Source: Octopus vulgaris (lineage: Eukaryota). From it: 64,000 nucleotides of DNA. This document shows, piece after piece, positions 43,540 to 57,780 of this stretch. Both the position numbers and the translations under genes were made by a program. Within the stretch, counting starts at the first letter, position 1, and every line of letters starts with the position of its first letter. The stretch is from assembly GCA_951406725.2 (NCBI GenBank), contig OX597815.1, forward strand, positions 21,080,001 through 21,144,000. The letters run 5' to 3'. The notes beneath the pieces were generated by a model. That model made no database searches and was not told where the DNA came from. It saw only the letters and a program-made list of their open reading frames with translations.

Positions 43540-43711
43540 CAATCCCAAAATGTGCAGGCTGCAGTGAACAGATTCTTGATAGATTTATTTTAAAAGTACT
43601 CGACCGGTCATGGCATTCGAAATGCTTGAAATGTACTGATTGCCGCGCACAACTTACAGACAAGTGTTTTTCAAAAAATGATGAAGTATTTTGTAAAGAT
43701 GATTTCTTCAG
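43540..43711 (+). CDS. Lhx3/4: Internal coding exon: LIM domain 1 of LIM-homeobox protein Lhx3/4 (Lim3)
   Basis: Polypyrimidine tract plus ttctcttag| acceptor and AG|gtaagt donor; 172 bp, phase 1 to phase 2. Translation [56 protein letters not shown] has full LIM Cys/His spacing and the [16 protein letters not shown] signature of Lhx3/Lhx4/Lim3. Confidence 0.96.
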
Positions 43712-44564
43712 GTAAGTTTCTCATATCAATCTTCTTCTTCTTCGGCAATTATAATCACGCAAACTTAAAAACATTTCTGCTGTTTTGAACACTTCTAATT
43801 CAACTAAAATCTTATCAAAAATAAGTATTAAAAAGCAAGGATTTTAATAAAGATTTTTTTTTATTTTTCCATAAAAATTCTAAATGGTAAACTGACATCT
43901 CCTTTGTTTTCCCTTATCTTATATTTTAACTACAATCTGTTTTTCTTTAATGAGAGACGGTTTGAGCATTTTAAGGTAGTTCTGTTGAGTGGCATTATTG
44001 ATTTGAATTTTTCAATTAATGTTATTAGTGAAATGATTGCTTGTTTAGCCGACAGGATCATCAACAACAAATCAATAACCAATCACTTTTCTACAAATTG
44101 AGGAAGAAATACCTGATGAAAACTGTCAGTTTATACTCACACAACATTGATGATGATGATATATTCTTTTATTTTCCAATCCATTCATCTATACATACAT
44201 TCTTCAAACATTTATGAATTTCATCATCATTAGAAATTTATACGAATAATTATAATTATATTTCTATATTTTTCGTTGTGTTCTTCCGGTTATTTTGGCT
44301 ATATCGTGTTATATAATTTAATAACATTTGATCCAAGTAGACTATACTGAGATTTGAAATAAATATTTTTCGGCTTGGACTATAGCTTGACACATGTAGA
44401 ATATCAACCACATCGATAAACTCACCACAACTTAGGATCTAGCAAAAATAAAACTAAAATTATGCAGTAAAATATATTTAGATTGAAGCACATTATTTTA
44501 CATAACTGTATTTGAATTGCTAGTTAAACTATATATATAGGCAAATATAAAATAATCAAATGAG

Positions 44565-44601
<37 letters not shown>

Positions 44602-44989
44602 ACTCATCACTTTACAATGATAGTGCTCACTATACAGTTATAGCATACCATTCTTTTGATATCAGAAATTAATGCTTTTGATATCAGGAAAATGGTAACA
44701 ATGGAAGATGGATATGAGTTGACCATGGTACTGTTCTATATCAGCACTAGGGTAAAGTTAACGCAAACTCTTCGAGAAAGTCGTGTCAAGAGTATCCATT
44801 CTTTCATTGAAATTTATCGGTCAGCAATTGTTTAAAGTATGAAGGTGCATCTTTAGAAGTATCCCGTCTCATGAATGCAGATAATACATTGACACACATC
44901 TGGTATCTACAAAAATGCAGAACGATGAATTTGATTTTTAAAATTGATCTAAATTTATTTTCAAAAAGTTACTTGGTTGAATATGCTAT

Positions 44990-45345
44990 ATTCTAAACCT
45001 CATTATTTATTCCAATTTCGGGGTGGATAAAATAAGTACCAATTGAGCACTGGGATCGATGTAATCGACTTCCCCACTCCTCAAAATTGCTGGCGTTGTG
45101 TCAACATAATGGATTATTATAATCAAAGCGATGAGCCGGCAGAAACATTAGCACGCCGGACAACATGCTTTTTAGCATTTCTTCCGAGTTTAACGTTCTA
45201 AGATCAAATACTGTCGCGGTCAGCTTTGCTGTTCATCCTTTCGGGGTCGATAACATAAAGTACCACTCAAATACTGGGTTCGATGTCACTGACTAACAAC
45301 CCACCTCAAAATGTCAGTCCTTGTTCATATAGTAAAGAGATTATT
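44990..45345 (+). mobile_element. Tandem of diverged SINE family A units
   Basis: Two cores (ggggtggataaaataagtacc and catcctttcggggtcgataacataagtacc) with the alternative tail. Similar decayed arrays at about 42340-42845 and 9500-9900. Confidence 0.7.
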
Positions 45346-46071
45346 ATTTTTGATGTTTATTCTCTTCCATCATGTCAGTTAAAAATGTGTGAATATTTGT
45401 GTGTGCGTGTGGTGGTGGGGAGGAGTCATTTTCAATGTTTGCAAAAATGTTTTGCTGGAAAGAAATATTTCATAGACAGTCATCAACTATTGAAACGACA
45501 GGGGCATATAAACTATGAACTTGCATGCGTTCGTTGCCTCGTCCTTAAATAAGCTAATATGAAAACACCATTACAAGGAAAGACATCATTTACCGTGGTA
45601 CTTGGTTCATTTCGTATGCAGTTTCAATTTCAGCTCCATTAATATTTTATGAACATTACATTGTCTTTTAGCAGGCTGACTCGTTCACCAATCGTATCGT
45701 ACAATATACTGACGTATCTGACAGATGTCGAAACATCACTCTTCTAGACAAAAACGCCAATATTTTAGACGGCTCTTCCTCCTGGTCATCTAGTTTTAGC
45801 AATAACTTTCATTTCACACTTATACTATATCGCTCACATCTGTCCATCATAAGAGAATAGCCTTCTAATATCTATTATGAATAACTCTCACCAGTAAAAT
45901 GTTACTACTTACTTATATAATATAAATCACTTCTAATAAAACGTCTTTGTTTAAATTTATTTCTACTTCCACAGTTAATTATTTTTTTTCCAAAATTATA
46001 AATATTTTAGTTTCGCTATTTACTTTTCTTTTGTTTCACATATTTATTTTATCAATATTTCCTAGTTTTTT

Positions 46072-46147
<76 letters not shown>

Positions 46148-46148
46148 C

Positions 46149-46184
<36 letters not shown>

Positions 46185-46185
46185 A

Positions 46186-46280
<95 letters not shown>

Positions 46281-46661
46281 ACACCACACAGTTGTTGAAA
46301 GAAAGAAACTGTAAAGTTCCAGTAAACATCTCGGTAGTCAAAAACAGACTTTCAAGAAAAGAAATAAATGTTATATATGAAATGTAAAAGATTGAGTTGG
46401 TTGTATTATATATCATATAGATAGGGAAAATATTGAATAAATAAATATTAGCAAATTGAATTATTATGCTGAATTTATGCATAAACTATACATATTTGCC
46501 TTTCTCTCCTACTTACTAACCAACTATAGTGTCTCCCTCCCTCTTCTTGATATATAAATATATGTTTGTGTATGTATATATGTATGCACGCATGTATGAA
46601 AATATACGTGTATGTATATGTATATATATATACGCATGTAAATATATATATGTATATACAT

Positions 46662-46692
<31 letters not shown>

Positions 46693-47712
46693 ATATAATG
46701 ATAATTATAATATTTTATATGCTTATATATATATGTATAAATATGCATATATATATAAATATGTATCATACATATATGTATATGTATCATTCATGTGTAT
46801 GTATATATATATATATGCATGTATATATGTGTGTGTATATATATATATACATACATACAATCACACTCTCTCTCTTTCTCTCTTTCTCTCTCTCTCTCCC
46901 TCTCTCTGATTTACTCTTTCATTCTCTCTATCTATATATCTTTCTGTCTATACATTTCATCATTGAGGCATTTATTTATGATCTCCATCAGTGCCATAAG
47001 GAAAATTATGCACAATTTTTCTTTTTTTTCTTTTAATTCTTTGTTGTGGGATTGCTTTCTTAGCAAAAAGATCTAATCTATTGTTTTGTTGACCAACCAA
47101 CACCCAAATGAAATTCAAACAAAAATGTTTGGCTTGGCAGGTAAAAGTTTCTCGGATTTAGATATTCATCGATGAAATTCTAACCAACTTCCAAGCATCA
47201 ACACAGAAAGCATTTTCATGTTGACTTAAGCAGTAATAATTTTCTTTCTGCTTGCCTAAAGACATTTGGTGAAAACATTTGTATATATGTGTGTATAACT
47301 AATATTATATTGGTTACAAGCGCAGTATTACAATACGAAGTTCTTTCAGTTTAACAGACTTCTGACAGACATCAAGAGAGATCGTATCTTTTACGAATCA
47401 CTCATGCTCTCTCCTCTCTCTCTCTCTCTCTCCCACTCTCTTTATCACTCTCTTTCTTTCTTCAGATCGATTGGAAGTTTTTTTTCATATTTATTTATCA
47501 AATTCTTTTCCAGCTATATACTGATATTAAATAGAAAAGCTAATTAGTACAAAGAAATTATATTTGCCTTGTAAAACATATGTTTGGTGCTTGATTATTG
47601 ATAGCAAAAACAAGTATCTAGGAATTATATTTCTATTTAGACACTCCTTTGTATTGTGGAATAGACAGACAGACAGGCACACAGAAAGACAGAAAGACAG
47701 ACAGACAGACAT

Positions 47713-47787
<75 letters not shown>

Positions 47788-47978
47788 TACATATATTTAT
47801 ATATATATATATATATACACACTTATATGCAAACACATACTCACTCACATATATATATATCTATATATAATATACATTATATATATATTTATATGTATAT
47901 ATATATTTATATACAGACGCCATGATAGGTCGTTAGCTACTACACACATTTTTTTCTCTCCTTGTTTTTTTCTGTGTA

Positions 47979-48016
47979 TCTTTCTGTAGAAGAGCGTAGG
48001 GTCGAAACGTAAAAGA
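47979..48016 (+). ncRNA. Hammerhead-like motif with non-canonical core in a Penelope-type repeat (about 47915-48110)
   Basis: UCUUU-CUGUAGA-AGAGCGUAGGGUC-GAAAC-GUA-AAAGA. Stem I pairs perfectly, core A6 is replaced by U, and stem II has a mismatch. Confidence 0.5.
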
Positions 48017-48142
48017 CTTTTTTCTATTCCTGAGCGCTATACTAATACATCTGTTTGTTTTGTACACCACCTGCCTTCGTCTTTTGTTTATTTTCGTAAA
48101 CTTTCCTTTTATATATATATATGTATGCGTGTGTGTGTGTGC

Positions 48143-48177
<35 letters not shown>

Positions 48178-50077
48178 CGTAAATATATATATATATATAG
48201 TATAAGAAAAAGAAAAATAGAAGTGTAGACGTTACTTTATTCTAAGTTGGTACATATATCCAACAAAATCTCTACAAGTTGTTTCCAACCTTAATTAATT
48301 CAAGACAAAACGAAATATAATCCGTTTAAATCACAAATTAGGCCTTTCCTCGGGAATTCATTATTGGAGTGAATGGGTTCTACCAATAAAAATATAAAGA
48401 CCTTTACAATAGCCCAGAAAGGAGCAAGCAATTAAATTATAATAGAAAGAAATTAACCGAACCCCCAGACCGATCAAAAACAGAAAAATATATAAATCCA
48501 TTTCAGCGTTAATTCAAATGACAATTCACAATATGTAAATACGTGTTAACGACATTTGCAATTATATATAACGGTGCTTTTAACGAGCTACCAGCATGGG
48601 TACCGGTTACGCAACACTGGCATCAGTCACGACTACGATTTCATTACGAGTGGTGTGTGGTAAGAAGCATGTTTCCCAACCACATGGCTTCGAGTTCAGT
48701 CCCTCTGTATGGCACCTCGAGCAAGTGTCTTCTACTATAGCCTTCTACTATAGACTTGTGAGTGGATTTGATAGACAGAAACTGTGTTGTATGGTTGCCA
48801 GGAAAAATCAAAGTGACAATATGAGCCTTTAGCCTTCAACATGAGAATGAGTCCCTCTTGAAAAAGGCAAATCTAAATACACCGACTGGTGCCAGGTCGA
48901 CACTGAATCGATTGAAAAGACACTTTAATGCCACTGTCATTTTAATTCTAGAACAAAAACAAAATTAATTTTCCCCCATTCTCTAAACCCTACCATAAAA
49001 ATAAATGCAATTTTTCGTTCACATTTTTTGTCGCTCTTTTATTAGTTTTTATCATTTTTCATTTGGTTTAACTTTTCGAGGCAGCTCACATCTAAACTAA
49101 TCAATTGTTTAAAGATACTTCGATTAGTTATGGTAATGTGCGACATATTTCTCGCCTCCCGTGCTCGCAGATAACATCATCTGGTATTATATTCTAAGAT
49201 CACGTTTCTCCCCTTTTGTTTGCTTACACATTTTGCATTCGTGACTTCTGGTGTATTCCTCTGATTATGATGATTCGTTGCGGTTTGATCTGGGTGACTA
49301 AATATGCATGATTATTTCGACTTCGAGAGGCATTTGTTTACTAATATTAAACATATATACACATGTGTGCGTGGTGTGTGTGGAGGAGTGTAATATTACA
49401 TTGTATACTATCATAATATATAACATATATATAGTTTACATATAATATATATTCATGTCGACATATGTACATGCATGTATGTATACACTAAATATGTATA
49501 TAATATCGCACTTACATCGTTGAGAAAGTAAATTAACCACCTTAAAACGCAAAAAACTGTAAAATTTACTGATCATTTATATTCCAATGTGTCAATTTCA
49601 TTCGCCTCTCTATACACACTATATATAAGCATACATACATATATACATTACTAAGGATATATCATAAACAATTAATAATTATTTATGAATAAATTACATA
49701 AAAGAAGAGTGTTTATAACGAAGAGGGTTGCAAAAGCCCTTACATGTTTAGAAATAACAGTCAAAAACCACTATAAAGCCACTATTATCACTCATATTTT
49801 ATTTCCTCACGAACGACATGACATATAAAATCCACTATTTAAAAATAAAAGATTAATTCTCTATTGCAATTTCGAAACAATATAACGATTCCATTCTTCT
49901 CATCATAGATACAAATTGATACAAATTCACACCCTGGGGCTAAATGTATCTCGACCGGCAATAATAATATGTCAACCTCTATCTACGTACTCAAATTCTG
50001 AATTCGAACGTCATGCAAGGGGTTTTGCAACCATCTTCGTTATAATTGTGATTTATTCATAATTATAAACACTCTTC

Positions 50078-50230
50078 TTTCAGTTTCCGTCTACTAAATC
50101 CACTCACACGGCTTTGGTCAGCCCGAGGCTATAGTAGAAGACACCTGCGCAAGGTGCTGCGCAGTGAGACTGAACCTGGAACTATGTGGTTGGGAAGCAA
50201 GCTTCTTACCACACAGCCACGCCTGCGCCT
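50078..50230 (-). mobile_element. SINE family B 5' half next to a long (GATA)n/(GACA)n tract (50231-50648)
   Basis: Reverse complement ggcgcaggcgtggctgtgtggtaagaagcttgcttcccaaccac...gtagacggaaactgaaagaag. Confidence 0.85.
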
Positions 50231-50635
<405 letters not shown>

Positions 50636-51131
50636 GAGATAGATAGATGTACGAACGCGCATACACTTACATACACAAACGCAGACAAAGAAAGACAGAG
50701 CTAGGTAAGTAGATAGACATACAGAGACTGAGACATTGATATGTTTATTATTTGCCAAATATATTATTCCATTAGAAACTAGTTATATAATGACATGTCC
50801 TCAATACAAATTGCATATGTTTTAGTATAATCTTCAATTAACAAAAGAGAGAAATCTACGAAAGAAAAGGTGAGAAAATGATTGTATGCAAATACTGAAG
50901 TAGAGAAATTAGTTGAAGAATCGGGAAAGGTAATGTCTCTTAGACTAAATTATCTTCAGAACATTACTGATATAAACTAAATGAAAGAAGGGATAAAAGA
51001 AAAATGTATATCAAGGCATACTGATCGAGCATGGGAAGGTTGGTTTAATGAGAAATAATGTATCTTTATATGCCATATACAGGTATATGACATATAAACA
51101 GATACATTTTCTCATATTTATATATAAATAC

Positions 51132-51178
<47 letters not shown>

Positions 51179-51193
51179 AACAAACACACACAC

Positions 51194-51273
<80 letters not shown>

Positions 51274-52237
51274 TTATATATATATATAACAGTGTGTTTG
51301 TGTGTGTATCAGTGCAAGCAAAATGGTTGGCTCCATTAATCCTGCAGCTTCCACCTATAATACTTTTTTAATCACATCTATTTATCTAGTAATTTAGATT
51401 TTTTTCTTTTACCTAGTTTTGCGATTGCAGACATTATTGCACTTCTGAAAAATTTATGTGTTTTTACAATTCTTAGTGTCTTCTTTTCACATTTTGCATA
51501 TTTTATTTTTTTATTATGCTAATTATACTAACCAAAAATCATTCTTTACTCTCTATATGTAAAAAGTCTTCGTCAGGTGATAAGGCAGGATTGAGTAGTA
51601 CATAGTATTCTGATGAGATTTAATAAACCGAAACACATCCATAGTTGTCGTCTGAAAATAAAGATTAAACTTCCCTCTAAGGAAGTGAATTAAATTTGAG
51701 AGATTAGTTCCTTTTTTTTTTTCTTTCACTTTTGGGCGATGGTGGGAATGACTAACAATTGCCGCCATTTTTGTTAGTATTTTTTGTTTTCTTTCTCCAA
51801 CTAAGAGGGAGTATCCTATATTTAAGAATTTTTTCCATATTGCATCTAGTATATCACCCCTTGACGAATTTATACGAATTCATGCCACTGACTCAACTGA
51901 GCTAGTTCCATTAAGGCAATTATGCTTTGTGCACATATATCATACAATTTGCATAATTCTTTTACTGAATTGAATATCTTTTCAAGTTTATTTTATCACT
52001 TTTTCTTTAGTAAACTCGCAATATAAATATGAACATGCGTACATGGACACACACACACATACACGCGCATATATAGTATTATATAGTCCGTTAAAGCTAA
52101 TACATCACTTCACGCTTCATGCGTTCTTAAAAACTTACGAATCTTCAGACGATGAACAAAATCTTTTTCTAGAAAAATCTAGTTTTATGAATGTAGGCAT
52201 AGAACAGATAGACAGACAGAAATATATATATATAGAT

Positions 52238-52319
<82 letters not shown>

Positions 52320-52320
52320 G

Positions 52321-52405
<85 letters not shown>

Positions 52406-54019
52406 GGGAGGGAGAGAGAGATAAACAGAGAGGTTGATTGATTGAGACTGACTGATTGATTTTATGCTTGCGTATGTCTGTATTATATGCAAGTAAATGA
52501 GTCTTTCTCTGTGTGTATGACGTACATTTGTATTTGTAAGTGAATGCAATGTACTTATGTATGTTTGCATAGAGGGGATGAGTGTGAGTTTGCGCGCGTC
52601 TTAGGTAGTTAACACAAAGTAAGTAAGTAAATAAATAAATAAATAAATATTGTTTCCTATACTATGTCCAACTTCTGATTTACTGAAATCATGCAGAGAA
52701 TATCTAACGTCCAATCGGACGAAATTGTTATACTAGTATTGACTTGTAGGAAGTAATCAAGATTTCGTATAGTTCATTATATTAGCATTTTAATGCAATA
52801 CTTCCCCCATCATTAATCAATATTTAATGATGCCACACACAGTAAAGTATTGTGTGCAGTATTGTTCTGAAAAATATTAACAATCTTGCCTAACATTTGA
52901 TTGAATTGTTAATAGCTAATATTGCCGGTTATGCCAGCCAAGCGAGAGCTAGACCGACATTATATTTTATCTATATGACTGCTTGCTGAAAGCTTGCAAC
53001 CATTTGCACCATAATAAAAATAAATTATATTTCCGTATTAGAAGCCATTTTTATTTTTATTTTTATTTTCCAAAGAAATATATTGAGACTATACGAATCT
53101 AATTTAGATTTAGTTAACTACTATTTTTAAAAAATCGACTTATTAATCTGAATATGTGTGAGCATGTGTGTGTGTGTGTATGTGTGTATATCTGAGTATG
53201 TGTATTTATATATGATGCACACGCTTGCACACATAGACATATATTGAGGTACATTGATGGTTTCTCGAATGGAAGAGAATTAGTCTTGTAAAAATCACTT
53301 CCCATTAAATGAATTGATAATCTCTACGTGATGTACTTGAGGACTTCCCTTTAATTGTGGTTCTTTCCATTTTTAAGGGAATAACCAGAAAGAACACGCT
53401 CACATACACACACACACACAGCCACATCTAGTACGTGTTATATATCCTCTTGAGGTGGAGTTAACTTTAGTAACTCAAGAATTTATGTTGTATGGTATTT
53501 GATTTACCTGTATTTCATATCTGTATTTGTCTATGATGTTCCATGCCACTGACCACTCTGAGTTATTTCCTTTACCACATTTTTGTTTCACTTATACAAT
53601 TTACGAATGCCACAAATAAGTTCTACTCTTTTTGTATTTACCTAAGTCTCTCACCTACTGTTGTGCTGATGATGCTTAAAGAGGTAGAAACACATGTCCA
53701 AAACTCCCTTCTCGTCTCCAGAAAAAAGTCTGACTTCTTTTTGTTAATGGCATGTCAACTTTGGAAAATTGTTAACATTATCCTCTCTTCTCATATGGAG
53801 GTGATCTTAATTCTTATCTGATCATTATGACATATCCTCTCGAGTCGAAGATAATTTTAATAAATCAAGTGTTTATGTCGCATGGTATTTGATATACCTG
53901 TATTTGTTGATGTTTATATACATACCACTGGACTCCATGAGTTACATTCAACAATGTAATTGTACGTGTACCATTGATGACATGATTCCTCTTCCTTCTT
54001 TGAACTTTTCCCTTTCTCC

Positions 54020-54055
54020 TTTTCGGCGAAGAGCTATGCTCGAAACGTCAAAATC
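54020..54055 (+). other. Degenerate hammerhead-like motif (same repeat type as 18949 and 47979)
   Basis: CGGCGAA-GAGC-UAU-GCUC-GAAAC-GUC. Stem II and the GAAAC box are intact, the CUGANGA box is decayed, and the same T-rich tail follows. Confidence 0.4.
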
Positions 54056-54260
54056 TCTCCTATCACCGAGCAAGCTAAAACATTTCTTATGTACGTCCTC
54101 ATGTTGTTCGTTTTTAGTCGTTTATTTGAACTGTTTGTTTATTTGCATTGATTATATATATATATATATATATAAACACAGACACATACACACACACACA
54201 TACATACATACATACACACATACATACATACATACATACATACATACATACATACATACA

Positions 54261-54295
<35 letters not shown>

Positions 54296-54529
54296 GCATA
54301 CATATATACATACATACATACATAGCCGATTAAATTGACCTCAGTACTTCACTGATACTTTATCTAGAATGATAGATAGATAGATTGATAAGTAGGTAGG
54401 TAGGTAGGTAGGCAGGCAGGCAGGCAGGCAGGCAAGTAGGTAGGTACGTAGGTAGGTAGGCAGGCAGGCAGACACACTCACACACAACACACATACAGAC
54501 AGACAGACAAACATGATATTAACATTGAT

Positions 54530-55460
54530 CATCAAAGCAGTTTATCATGGAACAATAACCTCCCACTTTTAAGGGTATGCGTTTGTAATCCAGGAAGAGG
54601 AAATATCAATCAAGTACTTAATGCACAAAAGGGACAGAGATGCTGGAAAAGCAGTAAAATGTGATAACTGCTGCAGACTGTGTGGAGTTAACACCGAAGA
54701 TATTACCCACACCATAAGCAGTCGTCCGAAAAAGTCATTACGTTATAATCTACCAATGAGACATGATGTTGTAGCTAAAACACTCTATAATGAAATCTGT
54801 CGGAAGGATAACCCCGAGGACAAAGAAATAAGAACCCACAGTATGGTTGAAGCTATAGAAACTCGTAATAAAAGAGAGTACTGGTGGAATGTCCTAGTGA
54901 AGATCTCAATAAAATGTAAGCACAACAGACCTGATATAATGATTTAGGGTAAGGAAACTGTGTACAGTTGTGGAAATTACCTGCCCTGCGGATGTTAACA
55001 TAAAGCTAAAGATCAGTGAAAGAGAAAATACCTGCGCTGAACTACTGAGAAATCTGCAGTTACTCTATCCACATTACAAGTTCAGGTGTATACCTGTAAT
55101 TATTGGGGCCCTGAGATATGTAACACACTGCCTGAGACATTAGGCATCTCAAAACGAGAAAGGAGAAAGCTAATTCGAAGACTACAGATCCAATCCATCA
55201 TTGGAATTGTAAAAATCTGTAAAACTTTCCAGAAGTTTATCATTTAAATATATATGAGTATGTCTAGATATGCAACTATATGTATGAGAATACATACATA
55301 CATAAAGCAAAACATACAAATCTGCACATGTACATACATGCATACATTCAAACAAAAATACTCTGTTGGTTGATGTTGAAATTCCACTAAAGGAACCTTG
55401 AATCTAGGTTAGAAACCGGCCCTTTCTCTATTAGCAAAAACTGTTGAAATAAAAATGAAC
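54530..55460 (+). mobile_element. 3' fragment of an R4/Dong-like non-LTR retrotransposon (restriction-like endonuclease)
   Basis: ORF 54621-54947 has the CRLCG...EDITH knuckle, RHD and HNRPDI. It continues past a stop with VVEITCP...IPVIIGAL. AATAAA near 55448. Confidence 0.85.
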
Positions 55461-56534
55461 AATGCCTTACATGTGCATATTAAACTGTTGTATGAAATAT
55501 AATTATTTCTTACTCGCATCCACTATTATGATGGTTAGGGTATGATGCTTGATCTTTCGCGAACATTTTATCTACCTAGAATTATCAGTTGCATAGACAG
55601 CAAGCCGTGGGACTGTGGCATTCATTAGTTTCTCAAATAATAAATGAAATATTACGCAAATCGAACTTACTTCATAATTTCAAATCATTGAAAACATTCT
55701 CGATACCGCTCACCATTTACATACACAAACAAACATCTATCAACAATGTCCTCCAAACTTTGTATTGTAACGAAAACTTAAACCTTCCGCCAAACATATT
55801 TTTCTGCCACAAGCTACTTACTGTACAATGTCTGTGAACAATGCACGTATGTTTACACAAAAGACCATTTGATATCAGTCCATAAATAATAGAAATATAT
55901 ACCTAATAACAAACAAATCTGAAGTTAATCGAAACTTTTATCGACCCATGAACTCGGACAATCAAGCACTAATTATTGTTTTAAGCTATATCAAAGTACA
56001 GCAAGTCCCCATATTGAAAAATGCCCCTTTGTTAGAACAAGTAATTTATTATTCTAGGGATAAATATCTTATAGTTTCATTTGTCAATAATATGTACATT
56101 TGTGCTATTATACACTTAATACATGAGAGTTGTGGATGACCGAATCGATCGCGTACTAGACAGAATGTCGGTTAGCATTATCCTATGTCTACAGCCAAGA
56201 AACTTCACTCTCAAATAGACCTGTCCGACCAACCTTTAAACAGTTATCAAAGATTAAAGGAAGAGTAACTCATACCTATAAACCAAACATCGAAAGTGTT
56301 TTGTCTGACACTCTATAAATCCACTGACAATCCCACTCTTTTAAATTTGATTTATATAAATAAATGGTTATAAGGATTTTAAGAATGTTTCATCTTCCCG
56401 TCGCCTTATGTATATTATGCAATTGTAGAAATTAGTTTATATTTTATCTCATTAAATAACTTAATTTCAGACGTTATGTGTGTGTGCCTGAATGTATATT
56501 TATAAACACGCACACATACACACACACACACACT

Positions 56535-56737
<203 letters not shown>

Positions 56738-56929
56738 TCGTGCACGTTGTGCCACGCGTCAAGTGTTGAAGTGATCACAAAACAACATGAGATGAAGTGT
56801 CTTGCTGAAGATCAAAACGCACCACTCGGTTTAGGAATTGAAATATATATATATACAGACCTGTATATCATACTTATTGCAAATTCATCAAGAAAAACAA
56901 ATTAACTGCAGCCCTCCTCCAGAACGTAC

Positions 56930-57275
56930 TGTGTTAAATAACACAAATATATCAGTAGCAGACGAAAATCACTCAGCAGTGTTTGTGGGAATGCTGGAAG
57001 CGCATTTCTGTCCCTTGGGCTCTGTCAGTAGCTTGTATTCGCTACCAACAGAATGTTAAGACAAAATCTGTCGTCACTGATATAGGAAACTAATGACTGA
57101 AAAATCACTAGTGCTGCAATTAGCCGACTGACGGATTTTGTCTTAACATAAGGTTGACAGTGAGGACATGCTACTGACAGAACATAAAGTGGCGGGAATA
57201 CTCATCTCGCATTCTTTCCCATCACTGCGCGACGATTTTCGCATGTTACTGATATATTTGTGCTTCAAAACAACA
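56930..57275. repeat. Roughly 345-bp imperfect palindrome (foldback/MITE-like)
   Basis: Collinear inverted matches cacaaatatatcagtagc / gttactgatatatttgtg, tctgtcagtagc / gctactgacaga and atgttaagacaaaatc / gattttgtcttaacat. Centre near 57100. Confidence 0.8.
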
Positions 57276-57352
57276 CAACACGTCCGTAAGCGTGATCTCC
57301 AGACTAATACCGCAATTAACTCAGCTTGCATATAACTGATAACTATATATAT

Positions 57353-57422
<70 letters not shown>

Positions 57423-57593
57423 CATACATACATACATACATACATACATACATGCATACATACATACATGTACATATATATATATATACATATATATATT
57501 TATACGCAATACACACGCACGCACGCGCGCGCACACAAATGTTTGTGCAAGTGTGCATATGAGACACGTTTATGTACACAATGATATATTCAA

Positions 57594-57780
57594 ATGAGGG
57601 GGAACTGCAAAGTTTCTGGCTTTGGGTAAAAGAAAATACAGGAGTTTCAGTTAATTATGATTCTATTCAACATATTCCCGTCTCAGATTCACGCACTTAT
57701 GGTAACGGTCCTTCAGTTTTTCTAAGCCCTGTAAAAGAACCTAGAATGTTGGGCCTCCAAACAGGCCTTTCGCGATCCCC
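57594..57780 (-). mobile_element. Mariner transposon 3' end remnant
   Basis: Minus frame EKLKDRYHKCVNLRREYVE* resembles the mariner transposase C-terminus, followed by a gaggggg..caaagtt TIR-like end. Confidence 0.7.

Noticed and set aside
44113-44119. Isolated CUGAUGA on the + strand
   Set aside because: No stem II or GAAAC partner. Chance heptamer.
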